Part shown: positions 1-7,886 of the stretch, in pieces | How the letters are laid out: each line of letters begins with the position of its first letter | Position numbering within the stretch: position 1 is the stretch's first letter | Assembly: GCA_001275005.1 (NCBI GenBank) | Contig: JWZX01003273.1 | Span: forward strand, 53,033 to 73,032 | DNA from: Chrysochromulina tobinii | Taxonomy: Eukaryota | Direction of reading: 5' to 3' | Length of the DNA: 20,000 nt | Made by a program: the position numbers and the translations under genes | The notes under the pieces: generated by a model | Databases searched by the model: none | Told to the model about the DNA's origin: nothing | The model's input: the letters and a program-made list of their open reading frames with translations, nothing else

Positions 1-24
1 GACGCCACTACCGCCGCCACCGCC

Positions 25-1035
25 TCAGCCCGGCGTTTGGTTATAGTGCGACTTATCGTTCTTCTTCTTCTTAGCATTCGCGCGCTCCTTGGCAGCTGCG
101 GCGGCCGCCTGCTGCGCGCTCGCTGCAACACCCTTGGCGCCGCTGCTCTTCTTCTTGGCGGCTGCCGCGGCCTTCGCTTTGATCATCGCCTTGATCTCCT
201 CTGCTGACTTGCCTGCTGTCTCGTCGGCAGCTGCGCCCGGCGATTCATCGGCGTCTTCGCCTGCACCGTTTCGGCCTTCTGGCTCGGCTGCGGTGGCGGC
301 GGCTGCTGCTGCGGCGGGCACATCGGCCACCGCACCCGCTTCTTTGGCCTTCTTCTTTGCTCGCTTGGCTGCTGCCTTGGAGAGCCCGCCCGCCTCCACA
401 TTCTTGCCGCTGTCCGAATTCTCAAGTTCGGCAAGCAGGCTGTCCACCTCCTCGAGCTCCGCCTGCACCTTGCCATTTTTGGGCTTCTTGCCACGCTTAG
501 GCTCGGTTAGCGGTGCACCAGCCGGCGCCGCTGCCGCAGGCACGTCCTCCTCCTCGTCGTCCTCCTCGTCGTCCTCGTCGTCGTCTTCGTCGTCGTCCTC
601 GTCCTCCTCCGGCGAGGCCGCTCCGTTTGCTGGAGAATTCAACCCCGGTGCCAGTGGCAGTCTGCTGGTTGGCACAGGCTGCGAGCGCGACAGACCAGGA
701 CAGCGTCACACACAGGGACATGCAGATGGCATTAGAGCCACTCGTCGCAGCAGCAGAGGCGTGTCTTGGTTTGCACGTAGGTAGCTAGAGCTCACGTGTT
801 CGGTTCCCGTGTGTGCGCAGCGCACCGGCAGGCTGTAAAAATCGTCGTCCTCCTCATCGTCATCTGCCCAATTGGACTGGCCAGCTTTGGCCTTCAGGTC
901 GTCAAAGGCTGCTCGTGAAGCAGCGGCCTCCGCCTCACGCTTTGCAGACTCCTTGGCAAGCTGTGACTTCTTCTTCTGAACTAACCGATCAAAGTCTCCG
1001 TCCTCCGCACCTTGCAGGACGGCGAATGCACTCAT
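25..1035 (-). CDS. Conserved uncharacterised low-complexity acidic/Lys-Ala-rich protein; 2 exons (1035-826, 678-25), about 287 aa
   Basis: ATG at 1035 in A-rich context (TATAAAATG) gives MSAFAVLQ...SNWADDDEEDDDFYSLP. A GTGCGC donor at 825 and CTCGCAG acceptor ending 679 join in phase 0 to the 25..675 frame. That frame has a D/E tract, ELEEVDSLLAEL, LSKAAAKRAKKK and C-terminal KKKKNDKSHYNQTPG. The motif order recalls the plant At4g32610/At2g25670-type family (from memory). Confidence 0.75.
679..825 (-). other. Spliceosomal GT-AG intron (147 nt, phase 0)
   Basis: CCG|GTGCGC...GTCGCGCTCGCAG|CCT; joins the 706..1191 and 25..675 ORF frames. Confidence 0.75.
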
Positions 1036-1203
1036 TTTATACGTCGGCGCAGTGGACGGTCGCGACGGGGAAGGCCGAGACGACGACGATTGACCTCGAC
1101 GCGATGAGATCAACTCTGTTGGGCGAGCTGCACATAACGCCTTTCGCGTTGCCTTTTCTGGAAGGATTATTAAAATACTCACTTGAAGCAACCCCTATCC
1201 CAC

Positions 1204-1232
1204 GCAAGCAAGCACGCGCGCGCGCGCGCGCG
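1204..1232. repeat. GCAAGCAAGCA followed by a (CG)9 dinucleotide run
   Basis: gcaagcaagca at 1204-1214, then alternating CG at 1215-1232. Confidence 0.9.
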
Positions 1233-1982
1233 CTCCTTTCCGCCCGCTACCCACAAAGCCCGCCCGACCCCAGCCCGACCCTCGCCGCCCGCGGGAGAAA
1301 ATCAAAGCGATGCGTGAAGTGAAGCCGAGTTTGGGGAGCACGTTCGGTAACCGCACCGGCGACCGGGGGTGGGCGGCACTAGCGACTAATCAGTGGAATT
1401 TTGCTGTCAATCAGGAGGCCTCTCAGATGTAGACTCCGCTCACTCGCGTCGCCTCGTCGTCCCGCGAGTGTACATGATGTGCCTCAATTTGTACCAATAT
1501 CGTGGGCAGTTGCCCCCGCGGGGGGCCGCAAAACCGGCGGGGCTGTTTGACCGCCACAAGCCGGGAGGCGGAAGTTGTTAGTACTTCGCCTTGCGTTGGC
1601 CGTTGCGGTAGTAGAGGAAGAGGGGCTCACCAAATTGGGGCTCACAAACTAAGGCTCACGCCGAAACCATCCCGTTGTGAAACCATCAAACGGTTAGTAC
1701 GATCCCGCGGGATTCCGGGAACAGGCTACAGGGGCGATCGAGCAGGCAGCCGAATTATCGAATTGAATTATATAGACGAAACGCAAACGCCGAGAACCAC
1801 CGGGAAACAAATGCGAAAAATGCACCATGCACAGAGTACTCTCTTTAAGGGTGCCCCATAGCTCGCTCCTCTCCAGCCTCGATATCCGTGTGTCCTATGA
1901 GTGTGTACATCTACATCGATCTACATGCGTGATGTGTCTAGACGACATAATGATTTGATGAATGTGTCACCGGCGCGGCCGC

Positions 1983-2837
1983 TCAGCCAGATGAGGCAGT
2001 CGCCCGCCTCGGCGACTTATTGTTGGGTGGTCCGTACTCCGCCGTCGTCGCCTTGGTCGTCGTGGTGGCCTCCTGCGCCGCCCTGGCCTCCGCGACCCGC
2101 CTCGCGATCTCAGCGCGCTTGGCCGCGAGCGCTGCCTCTGCTGGCGACGATGCATCGCTCGGCTTGCAAGCAGGGCCGAACTGTGCGCTGCCCTCCTCTG
2201 CTGGCACCGCGCCTGCCTGCACTGCCGTCGACCTCGCCGCGAGCAGATCCTCCTTCACCTTGTGCAGTACCCTGCGCATCTCATCGTTACTCTGATCGAG
2301 CTGCAGGCCTTGCGAGAGCACAGCGTGTGCCCGCTGAAGCTGCCCGCGACCATGCAGCACCGTACCCAGTCGATAGTGCGCCTTGGGCCAGCCTGGGGCG
2401 GCGTTGCACGCTGCCTCCGCGTCGTCGAGCGCCTCCTCCTCCTTGCCAAGCTTGAGGTAAGCTTGGCAACGGTTGGCGAGCAGCTGCGCGGCGCGCGTCG
2501 ACTCGAGCTTCTTGGGTGCGGGACACGGGAGGCTGCGCACTTGCTCGATGGCCTCGCTCCAAGCCTCGATTGCCCGCGGCAGATCATTATCCTTGAATGC
2601 CTGCTTCCCGTCCTCCTGGAGCCGAGCGACCGCCTGCTCAGTGAGGGAGACTGGCACCTGCATCTCTGCCTCGCGAGAGAGGGCCCGCGGCGAGGCTCCG
2701 ACAGCCGCTTTCCAAGCATCTGCAAGGTGGCCAAACCGTTCTGTCTCTGGAGTGCTCTGGAATGGGATAAGCTTGCGCAGCTCGGGGTCGCCGGAGGCGA
2801 GGCCAATTGGCCGCCGAAAGACGCCGTAGCGTGACAT
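1983..2837 (-). CDS. Tetratricopeptide-repeat (3 TPR) protein, about 284 aa
   Basis: First ATG at 2837 (the ORF-track start at 2870 is TTG). TPR helices: RLQEDGKQAFKDNDLPRAIEAWSEAI, LLANRCQAYLKLGKEEEALDDAEAA, WPKAHYRLGTVLHGRGQLQRAHAVLSQGLQLDQSN. Confidence 0.85.
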   Translation of the reverse strand: MSRYGVFRRPIGLASGDPELRKLIPFQSTPETERFGHLADAWKAAVGASPRALSREAEMQVPVSLTEQAVARLQEDGKQAFKDNDLPRAIEAWSEAIEQVRSLPCPAPKKLESTRAAQLLANRCQAYLKLGKEEEALDDAEAACNAAPGWPKAHYRLGTVLHGRGQLQRAHAVLSQGLQLDQSNDEMRRVLHKVKEDLLAARSTAVQAGAVPAEEGSAQFGPACKPSDASSPAEAALAAKRAEIARRVAEARAAQEATTTTKATTAEYGPPNNKSPRRATASSG

Positions 2838-2947
2838 GTGCTTCGCCAAAGAATGGCGAAGGACGGCCAATCACGGGAAGAGTGAAAGCAGTGATTGTTC
2901 AGATGAACGAAGAACTTTTGCGAAACCGCCGTTCCACCGCAAGTGCC

Positions 2948-5900
2948 TTACAAATCGTCATCCTCGGCACGATTCCGGCGTGCATGTGGGCTCTCAGGAG
3001 CAATCGGAGGCTCGGCGAGCGCCTGCTCGTCGACCGTCGGCAGCGGAAGTGGCGCGTCGGCCTCGCTGGTGAGCATGGTGTCAAGCTGCGACGAGATCTT
3101 GGCCAGCTCGGCCGCACGCCGCGCCTCCCGCGCCGCCTGCCGCGCCGGGTCGTCGACCACAATCGGCACCGTCACGGGCGACATAGACGGCGACATAGGT
3201 GGCGTCGGCGCCGGTGCCTGCTGCAGCGCGTGCCCGGCGGCAGGTGCAGCGGTAGCGACGACGGCGGCAGCCGCAGTGGCAGCGAGCTCGGCCGCAGCGA
3301 GCTGGCTGAGCTCCGTCACCTGGGACTGGAGCTCAGTCACCTTGGCCTGCAGCTCGGTCACCTTGGAATGAAGAAGCGACTGGAGCGATCGCATCTCGTC
3401 TAGATCGGAGCGAAGCTGCTCGTTCTCAGCGAGCTGCTGCTGCCTGTCCGCCTTGAGCTGAGTGGTCTCACTCACGAGCTGGGTCTCAGCAAGCAGGTGC
3501 TCGGAGCGCAGCTGCTCGAGCTCAGCCAGCAGCTGCTCCTTCTCCGCCTTGAGCTGTGCGTTCTCGCTCATGAGCTCGGAGCGCAGCTGCTCGATCTCGG
3601 CAAGCACGTGCTTGTCACCCTTTTGCTGCGTCTTCTCGCGTAAGAGCTCGGAGCGCAGCTGCTCGATCTCGGCGAGCGCCTGCTCGAGCTCCGTGAGAAG
3701 ATGCTGCTTGTCCGTGGTGAGCTGCGCTTTCTCGCATATGAGCTGGGCATTCTCGCTCATGAGCTGGGCGGCAGCGGCGGCAGCGGCGGCGGCAGCTCCG
3801 TCGGCGGTGGCCCGCAGCTTATCAACCTCGGCGAGCAGATGCTGCTTGTCCGTGGTGAGCTGCGTGTTCTGGCTCATGAGCTGCTGCTTGTCCGCGGTGA
3901 GCTGCGTGTTCTGGCTCATGAGCTCCTTGGCCTCGAGCCGAGTGCGCTCGAGGATTTCTTCCTTGTCTCTGATCGACTGTTCGAGCATCATCTTCTCCTC
4001 CATAGCCTCCGGGCTCTCGAGCATTACAACGGGGCTCACGGCGCGGCTCTCGACAGGAATCGGAAGAGTGACCACGGCTGCCTCAAGGGTTGTAGTTGAG
4101 CTGCACCTGTCGATCGTGGCCTTTGTCGATTGCTGCGCCGCCTCCGCGTCCGCCTTCGTAGCGGTCGCGTCAGCCGCCGCCTTCGCCGCTGCCTCTGCTG
4201 CTTCGGGCGCTGCGGCTTCGGCCACGGCCCTGATGCGCGAGACGCGCTGCACAGCCTCGGCGGCTGCTTCCTTGGTCTTCGCCAGCTGCGCCAGTGCCAA
4301 CTGCGCATCGCTCGTGCGCTTGAGCACCTTATACATCTCGTTGTACTCGATCGATCCGTAGCCGTCGAGGTCGAGCACTTTGAAGAGGGAGCTCACCTCG
4401 TCCGTCGTCGCCTCGTACCCGAGCCACAGGAGCGCGCACCGCACCTCGACCTGGTGGATTCGGCCGTCGCCAGACGCGTCCCACTTGCGGAACATGTCGA
4501 TCACCTTCCCCTTGTCCTCGGCGAGCATACATTTGAGGTGGACCACGATGCCCTCCGTGTCGGCCGCCCACGAGCGCAGCCTGTTGTGCATCTCCGGGTA
4601 GTCGATGTACTGGTTGCCGTTGACGTCGAAGGCGGTGAACAGCGCGTCGAGAGCGCCGCCCGGGATCTCGAAGCCGAGCTCGTCAAACGCGCGCCGGAGC
4701 TCGGGCCTCGAGATGCGCATGTCGCTGTTGATGTCCCACAGGCGGAAGAGGTCGATGACGCGCGCGTGGTTGCGCGACAGAATCATCTTGAGCTGCTCGA
4801 CCATCACGTCGGTCAGGTCGCCATTGGCGGCGGCAGCAGCAGCGGCAGCGGCGTCCGCAGCGGCATCCGCGGCGGCGGCGGCGGCGGCGGCGGGGGCGGC
4901 GGCGGCGGAAGCCTGTGTTGCCATCCGCTCCGCCTCCGCCTTCTCCGCCGCCAGCTGTGCCAGCCGGTCCGCCTCCGCCTTCCCCGCTCCCATCCGCTTC
5001 GCCGACTCCGCCGTCTCCGCGGCTCGCTGCTCTGCGTCCGCCTTCTCCTTCTCCGCCACTGCGGCGGCCATAGCCGCCATACGTTCAGCCTTCGCCTTGT
5101 CCAACTCAATTTTCTGCGCCGCTATCCGCGCCACGCGCTCCGCCTCCGCCTTCTCCGCCACCAGCCGGTCCGCCTCCCTCTTGGCGGCAGCCTTCTCAGC
5201 CTCGTCCGCGCCACTCCCCTCCGGCAGCAAGACAAGCATGCGCTGCCCGGATCGGCTCAGCTCTTCGATGAGGGCGCGGCACGAGCGCAGCTCGGCCTCT
5301 TGCAGCTCCACCTGCGTGGACAGCAGCACGAACTTCTCCATCTCGTCGAAGCCGCCAAAGTAGTCTATCGTGGATTGAGTCTCCATCAGCCGCCTCTCGG
5401 CGAGGATGGCGCGCTCCTCGTACGCGCTCAGCTCTGCGCGCAGCCCCACGACCTCGGCCGTAAGCAGATCCTCATTGTTCGTGATTATCGGCTTACGCTT
5501 GAGCATTTGCTTCGCTGCCTCGGGATCCGCCAGGCTGCTGAGCATGGCGCTCGCGCCCTCCCACAGCAGAGTAAGACGCTGTCGGATGAGCTCCAACGTC
5601 TGGCTCCACTCGAGGCAGTGCGTCGCGGTCAGCTTGACGAGACGGGCCGTGCAGCGGTCGAGCAGGTCCCACTCCTCGAGAAGCATCGCCATCGGTGGCC
5701 TGAGCTCGCCATCCGATCGCTCGAAGGCGCGTATGAGCGCCTCTTGGAGCTGACGTGCCTGAGCCCGTTCCGATGGCAGCGCGGTAACGCTGCCGTCCAA
5801 GTCGTACAGCGAAGCAGGTGCACTGCTGCCAGCAAAGAACGTGCGCTGGCTGACCACCGAAATCTGGCTCGTGCTCGTTAGTGGTCGCGCAGGGTCGTCT

Positions 5901-6100
5901 GCCAGTGGCTTCACGCGCCTCGCTCGAGGCGATGGCTGACTGCTCATGGTGTTCGGCCTGGTCGAAGGCCGACTGATCGTGTTATTCAGCCTGGGTGTTT
6001 GAGGCGTGCGCAGCGGCACCATCCCGTCCCTGCTCAGCATCTCGAGCATTGCTCGTGGAAGCTGATCATTGGCAGCGGTTTTTGTGGTCATCGCCAACAT
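2948..6100 (-). CDS. Large EF-hand/coiled-coil protein (1050 aa): four EF-hands in two pairs, Ala/Glu/Lys-rich helices, heptad-repeat coiled coil, possible N-terminal axonemal dynein light chain-like region
   Basis: Uninterrupted 3153-nt ORF from ATG 6100. EF loops: DINSDMRISRPE, DVNGNQYIDYPE, DASGDGRIHQVE, DLDGYGSIEYNE. QLMSQNTQLTxDKQ repeats. Confidence 0.85.
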   Translation of the reverse strand: MLAMTTKTAANDQLPRAMLEMLSRDGMVPLRTPQTPRLNNTISRPSTRPNTMSSQPSPRARRVKPLADDPARPLTSTSQISVVSQRTFFAGSSAPASLYDLDGSVTALPSERAQARQLQEALIRAFERSDGELRPPMAMLLEEWDLLDRCTARLVKLTATHCLEWSQTLELIRQRLTLLWEGASAMLSSLADPEAAKQMLKRKPIITNNEDLLTAEVVGLRAELSAYEERAILAERRLMETQSTIDYFGGFDEMEKFVLLSTQVELQEAELRSCRALIEELSRSGQRMLVLLPEGSGADEAEKAAAKREADRLVAEKAEAERVARIAAQKIELDKAKAERMAAMAAAVAEKEKADAEQRAAETAESAKRMGAGKAEADRLAQLAAEKAEAERMATQASAAAAPAAAAAAAADAAADAAAAAAAAANGDLTDVMVEQLKMILSRNHARVIDLFRLWDINSDMRISRPELRRAFDELGFEIPGGALDALFTAFDVNGNQYIDYPEMHNRLRSWAADTEGIVVHLKCMLAEDKGKVIDMFRKWDASGDGRIHQVEVRCALLWLGYEATTDEVSSLFKVLDLDGYGSIEYNEMYKVLKRTSDAQLALAQLAKTKEAAAEAVQRVSRIRAVAEAAAPEAAEAAAKAAADATATKADAEAAQQSTKATIDRCSSTTTLEAAVVTLPIPVESRAVSPVVMLESPEAMEEKMMLEQSIRDKEEILERTRLEAKELMSQNTQLTADKQQLMSQNTQLTTDKQHLLAEVDKLRATADGAAAAAAAAAAQLMSENAQLICEKAQLTTDKQHLLTELEQALAEIEQLRSELLREKTQQKGDKHVLAEIEQLRSELMSENAQLKAEKEQLLAELEQLRSEHLLAETQLVSETTQLKADRQQQLAENEQLRSDLDEMRSLQSLLHSKVTELQAKVTELQSQVTELSQLAAAELAATAAAAVVATAAPAAGHALQQAPAPTPPMSPSMSPVTVPIVVDDPARQAAREARRAAELAKISSQLDTMLTSEADAPLPLPTVDEQALAEPPIAPESPHARRNRAEDDDL
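3841..3924. repeat. Coding tandem duplication, 2 x 42 bp (1 mismatch), within a more degenerate repeat region at about 3400-3925
   Basis: gctgcttgtccg(t/c)ggtgagctgcgtgttctggctcatgagct at 3841-3882 and 3883-3924; encodes a 14-aa double heptad. Confidence 0.9.
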
Positions 6101-6193
6101 ACCCGCTGTGTTGCGTCGCGTCGTTAGCCGGCTGCCGCAACGCAGGCGTCCGCAACGTTACATGACTCTCAAACTTCTCGAACTTCCCGATCT

Positions 6194-6251
6194 GTCAAGT
6201 CAAGTCAAGTCAAGTCAAGTCAAGTCAGGTCAAGTCCAGTCAAGTCAAGTC
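6194..6251. repeat. (GTCAA)n pentanucleotide microsatellite, about 11 units
   Basis: gtcaagtcaagtcaag... with two variant units; related fragments at 6265-6273 and 6681-6690. Confidence 0.95.
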
Positions 6252-6839
6252 TAGAGTACATTTGAAGTCAAGTTCAAGAGAACATTAGATCGGCTTCCTG
6301 TGATACATTACAGAACAGAACTTTGTAACTTACTAAGCTACCTACACATTGGCAGGACCCCCTGAGTTGCGGTGGGGGAATTTGAAGGGGAGGTCGGCGT
6401 GGGAGTAAGGCGTCATGCGACATGGGAACATGGAACGGCACACTGTGAGTCTGTGACACGGCGGGACCCGGGCATGGAAACCTGCTTGTTCTCCTCGTTG
6501 CTCGTCGTGAGCTCGGGGCTTGTCATACGTCCTTGCCGATGCGGCTTGAACTCCTCCGGTCTCTTTCTGTTTCATAGCGTCGTTCACACTGTTCTCGCCT
6601 CGACCTGGAACGTGATACATTACAGTAGTAGGTTGTCTGTCTTCCGAGTCTTGCTCTTGTGGTTTTTATAAAGTGACTTGAAGTCAAGTCGATAACATTG
6701 GAGGGTGCATTCCCGCGCCAATCGCACAGTCTCATTTCACGTTCCCCATGACGCCCGTTCTCGGAATCCTTGGCGGTGAATCGCTGCATCGGGGAACCCA
6801 CACACACGGCCCGGCAACCGCCCGCGTAAGCTTGTGAGT

Positions 6840-7648
6840 CTACGAGCACGGAGCCGTCTTCGAGGTGAGGATCAGGCCGACGATCAGGCCACACAGACCC
6901 AGGGCCTCCGCGAAGATGAGGATCAGCACCATGCCGACGTACAGCTTGGTCTGCTGAGCCGACGCACGCACGCCCGCGTCGCCCACGATGCCGATCGCAA
7001 TTCCAGCGGCCATGCCGCTGAGACCGCAGGCAAGGCCCGCCGCGAGGTGGGCGTAGCCGGTGAAGGACGAGTACTGCGTCACGCCTCCGACCGGAGGCGC
7101 AACTGCGGACAGCAAGAAGGCACGCACGTGAGGAGGAACCGAGTGAGAAGGCAAGCGACACGAGGGGGGAGGCGCTTGGGCGTCTGGAGTGAGACTCCCA
7201 AAAGACCGTCTTGGGACCGTCGACTTTTGGGTGGCGTGCGCGTACCGCCGTTGGCGATGATAACAGCGATGATGAGGCCGTAGATGCCAAGTACACCCGC
7301 CATGACAACGGGGATGATCGACTTCATCACGAGGTCAGGCTTCATCACGCCCATGGACGACACACCAACGCCGGACTTGGCGGTGCCGTACGCAGCGCCA
7401 AGGTCTGCGTGCAGGGGCGGCGCGCGTGGCGACACAGGTTAACAGGGGCTCGCCATTGTGACGGCGCCCTGCAGAAGCCTGAAAAGCAATTCTGCCTGTG
7501 AGGTGCACGCCCATGCGCACACGGTGCCTGCGCCTGGCGCGGCACGCATATTCGTGGAGCGGAGCGGCGCACTGGCGAAGATGAGCGCAACCGCTGCACC
7601 CATGAAGCCGAAGAAGGGCGCGCTCGCAGGGCAAAGCTCGTTCGACAT
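6840..7648 (-). CDS. ATP6V0C: V-type H+-ATPase V0 proteolipid subunit c (16 kDa); 3 exons (7648-7573, 7404-7246, 7102-6840), 165 aa
   Basis: Spliced product [71 protein letters not shown]...[52 protein letters not shown]... carries the hallmark VMA3/VHA-c motifs, including the proton-carrying Glu. Exon lengths 76+159+263 = 498 nt. Confidence 0.97.
7103..7245 (-). other. VHA-c intron 2 (143 nt, phase 1)
   Basis: GGCG|GTACGC...TTCTTGCTGTCCGCAG|TTGCG; restores IIANGVAPP. Confidence 0.9.
7405..7572 (-). other. VHA-c intron 1 (168 nt, phase 1)
   Basis: GCCA|GTGCGC...CCCCTGCACGCAG|ACCTT; restores conserved IFANLGAAYG. Confidence 0.92.
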
Positions 7649-7886
7649 GTCTTCAGCGGAAAGACTCTCCCCGATATGCGGCGTGGATCGCATTCATTCA
7701 CACAGCCAAAAGGATACATGTAAAGGGGTTGAGAAGGATTTCTGGAATAGTATCCGTATCCGTATCCATAGTGCTTTTGCGTGTGGACTCGAGGCACTTC
7801 GGGCGTTCGGGGGGACGGGTTTTCGGGGGAAGCTCCGCGGTGACCGCGGTGCGACGTGCGGGAAGTACTTCCGATCGCATACACGC
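7649..7886. promoter_or_regulatory. Compact divergent intergenic region (putative bidirectional promoter) between VHA-c and importin-5, containing (GTATCC)3
   Basis: 238 bp between ATG 7648 (-) and ATG 7887 (+); gtatccgtatccgtatcc at 7750-7767. Confidence 0.6.

Noticed and set aside
675..835. Possible introner element: CAGCCTG occurs near both ends of the gene-1 intron
   Set aside because: No terminal inverted repeats, and I saw no similarity among the four introns beyond splice sites; a 7-mer match can be chance
4130..5881. 583-aa plus-strand ORF and the many other long antisense or alternate-frame ORFs (e.g. 12857..13912, 3462..4361, 8146..8961)
   Set aside because: Shadow ORFs expected from high GC and codon bias of the real overlapping genes; Arg/Ala/Ser-rich with no motifs
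6194..6251. Tandem repeats as a CRISPR array or telomere
   Set aside because: Simple 5-mer microsatellite without spacers, in an internal eukaryotic context with no cas genes
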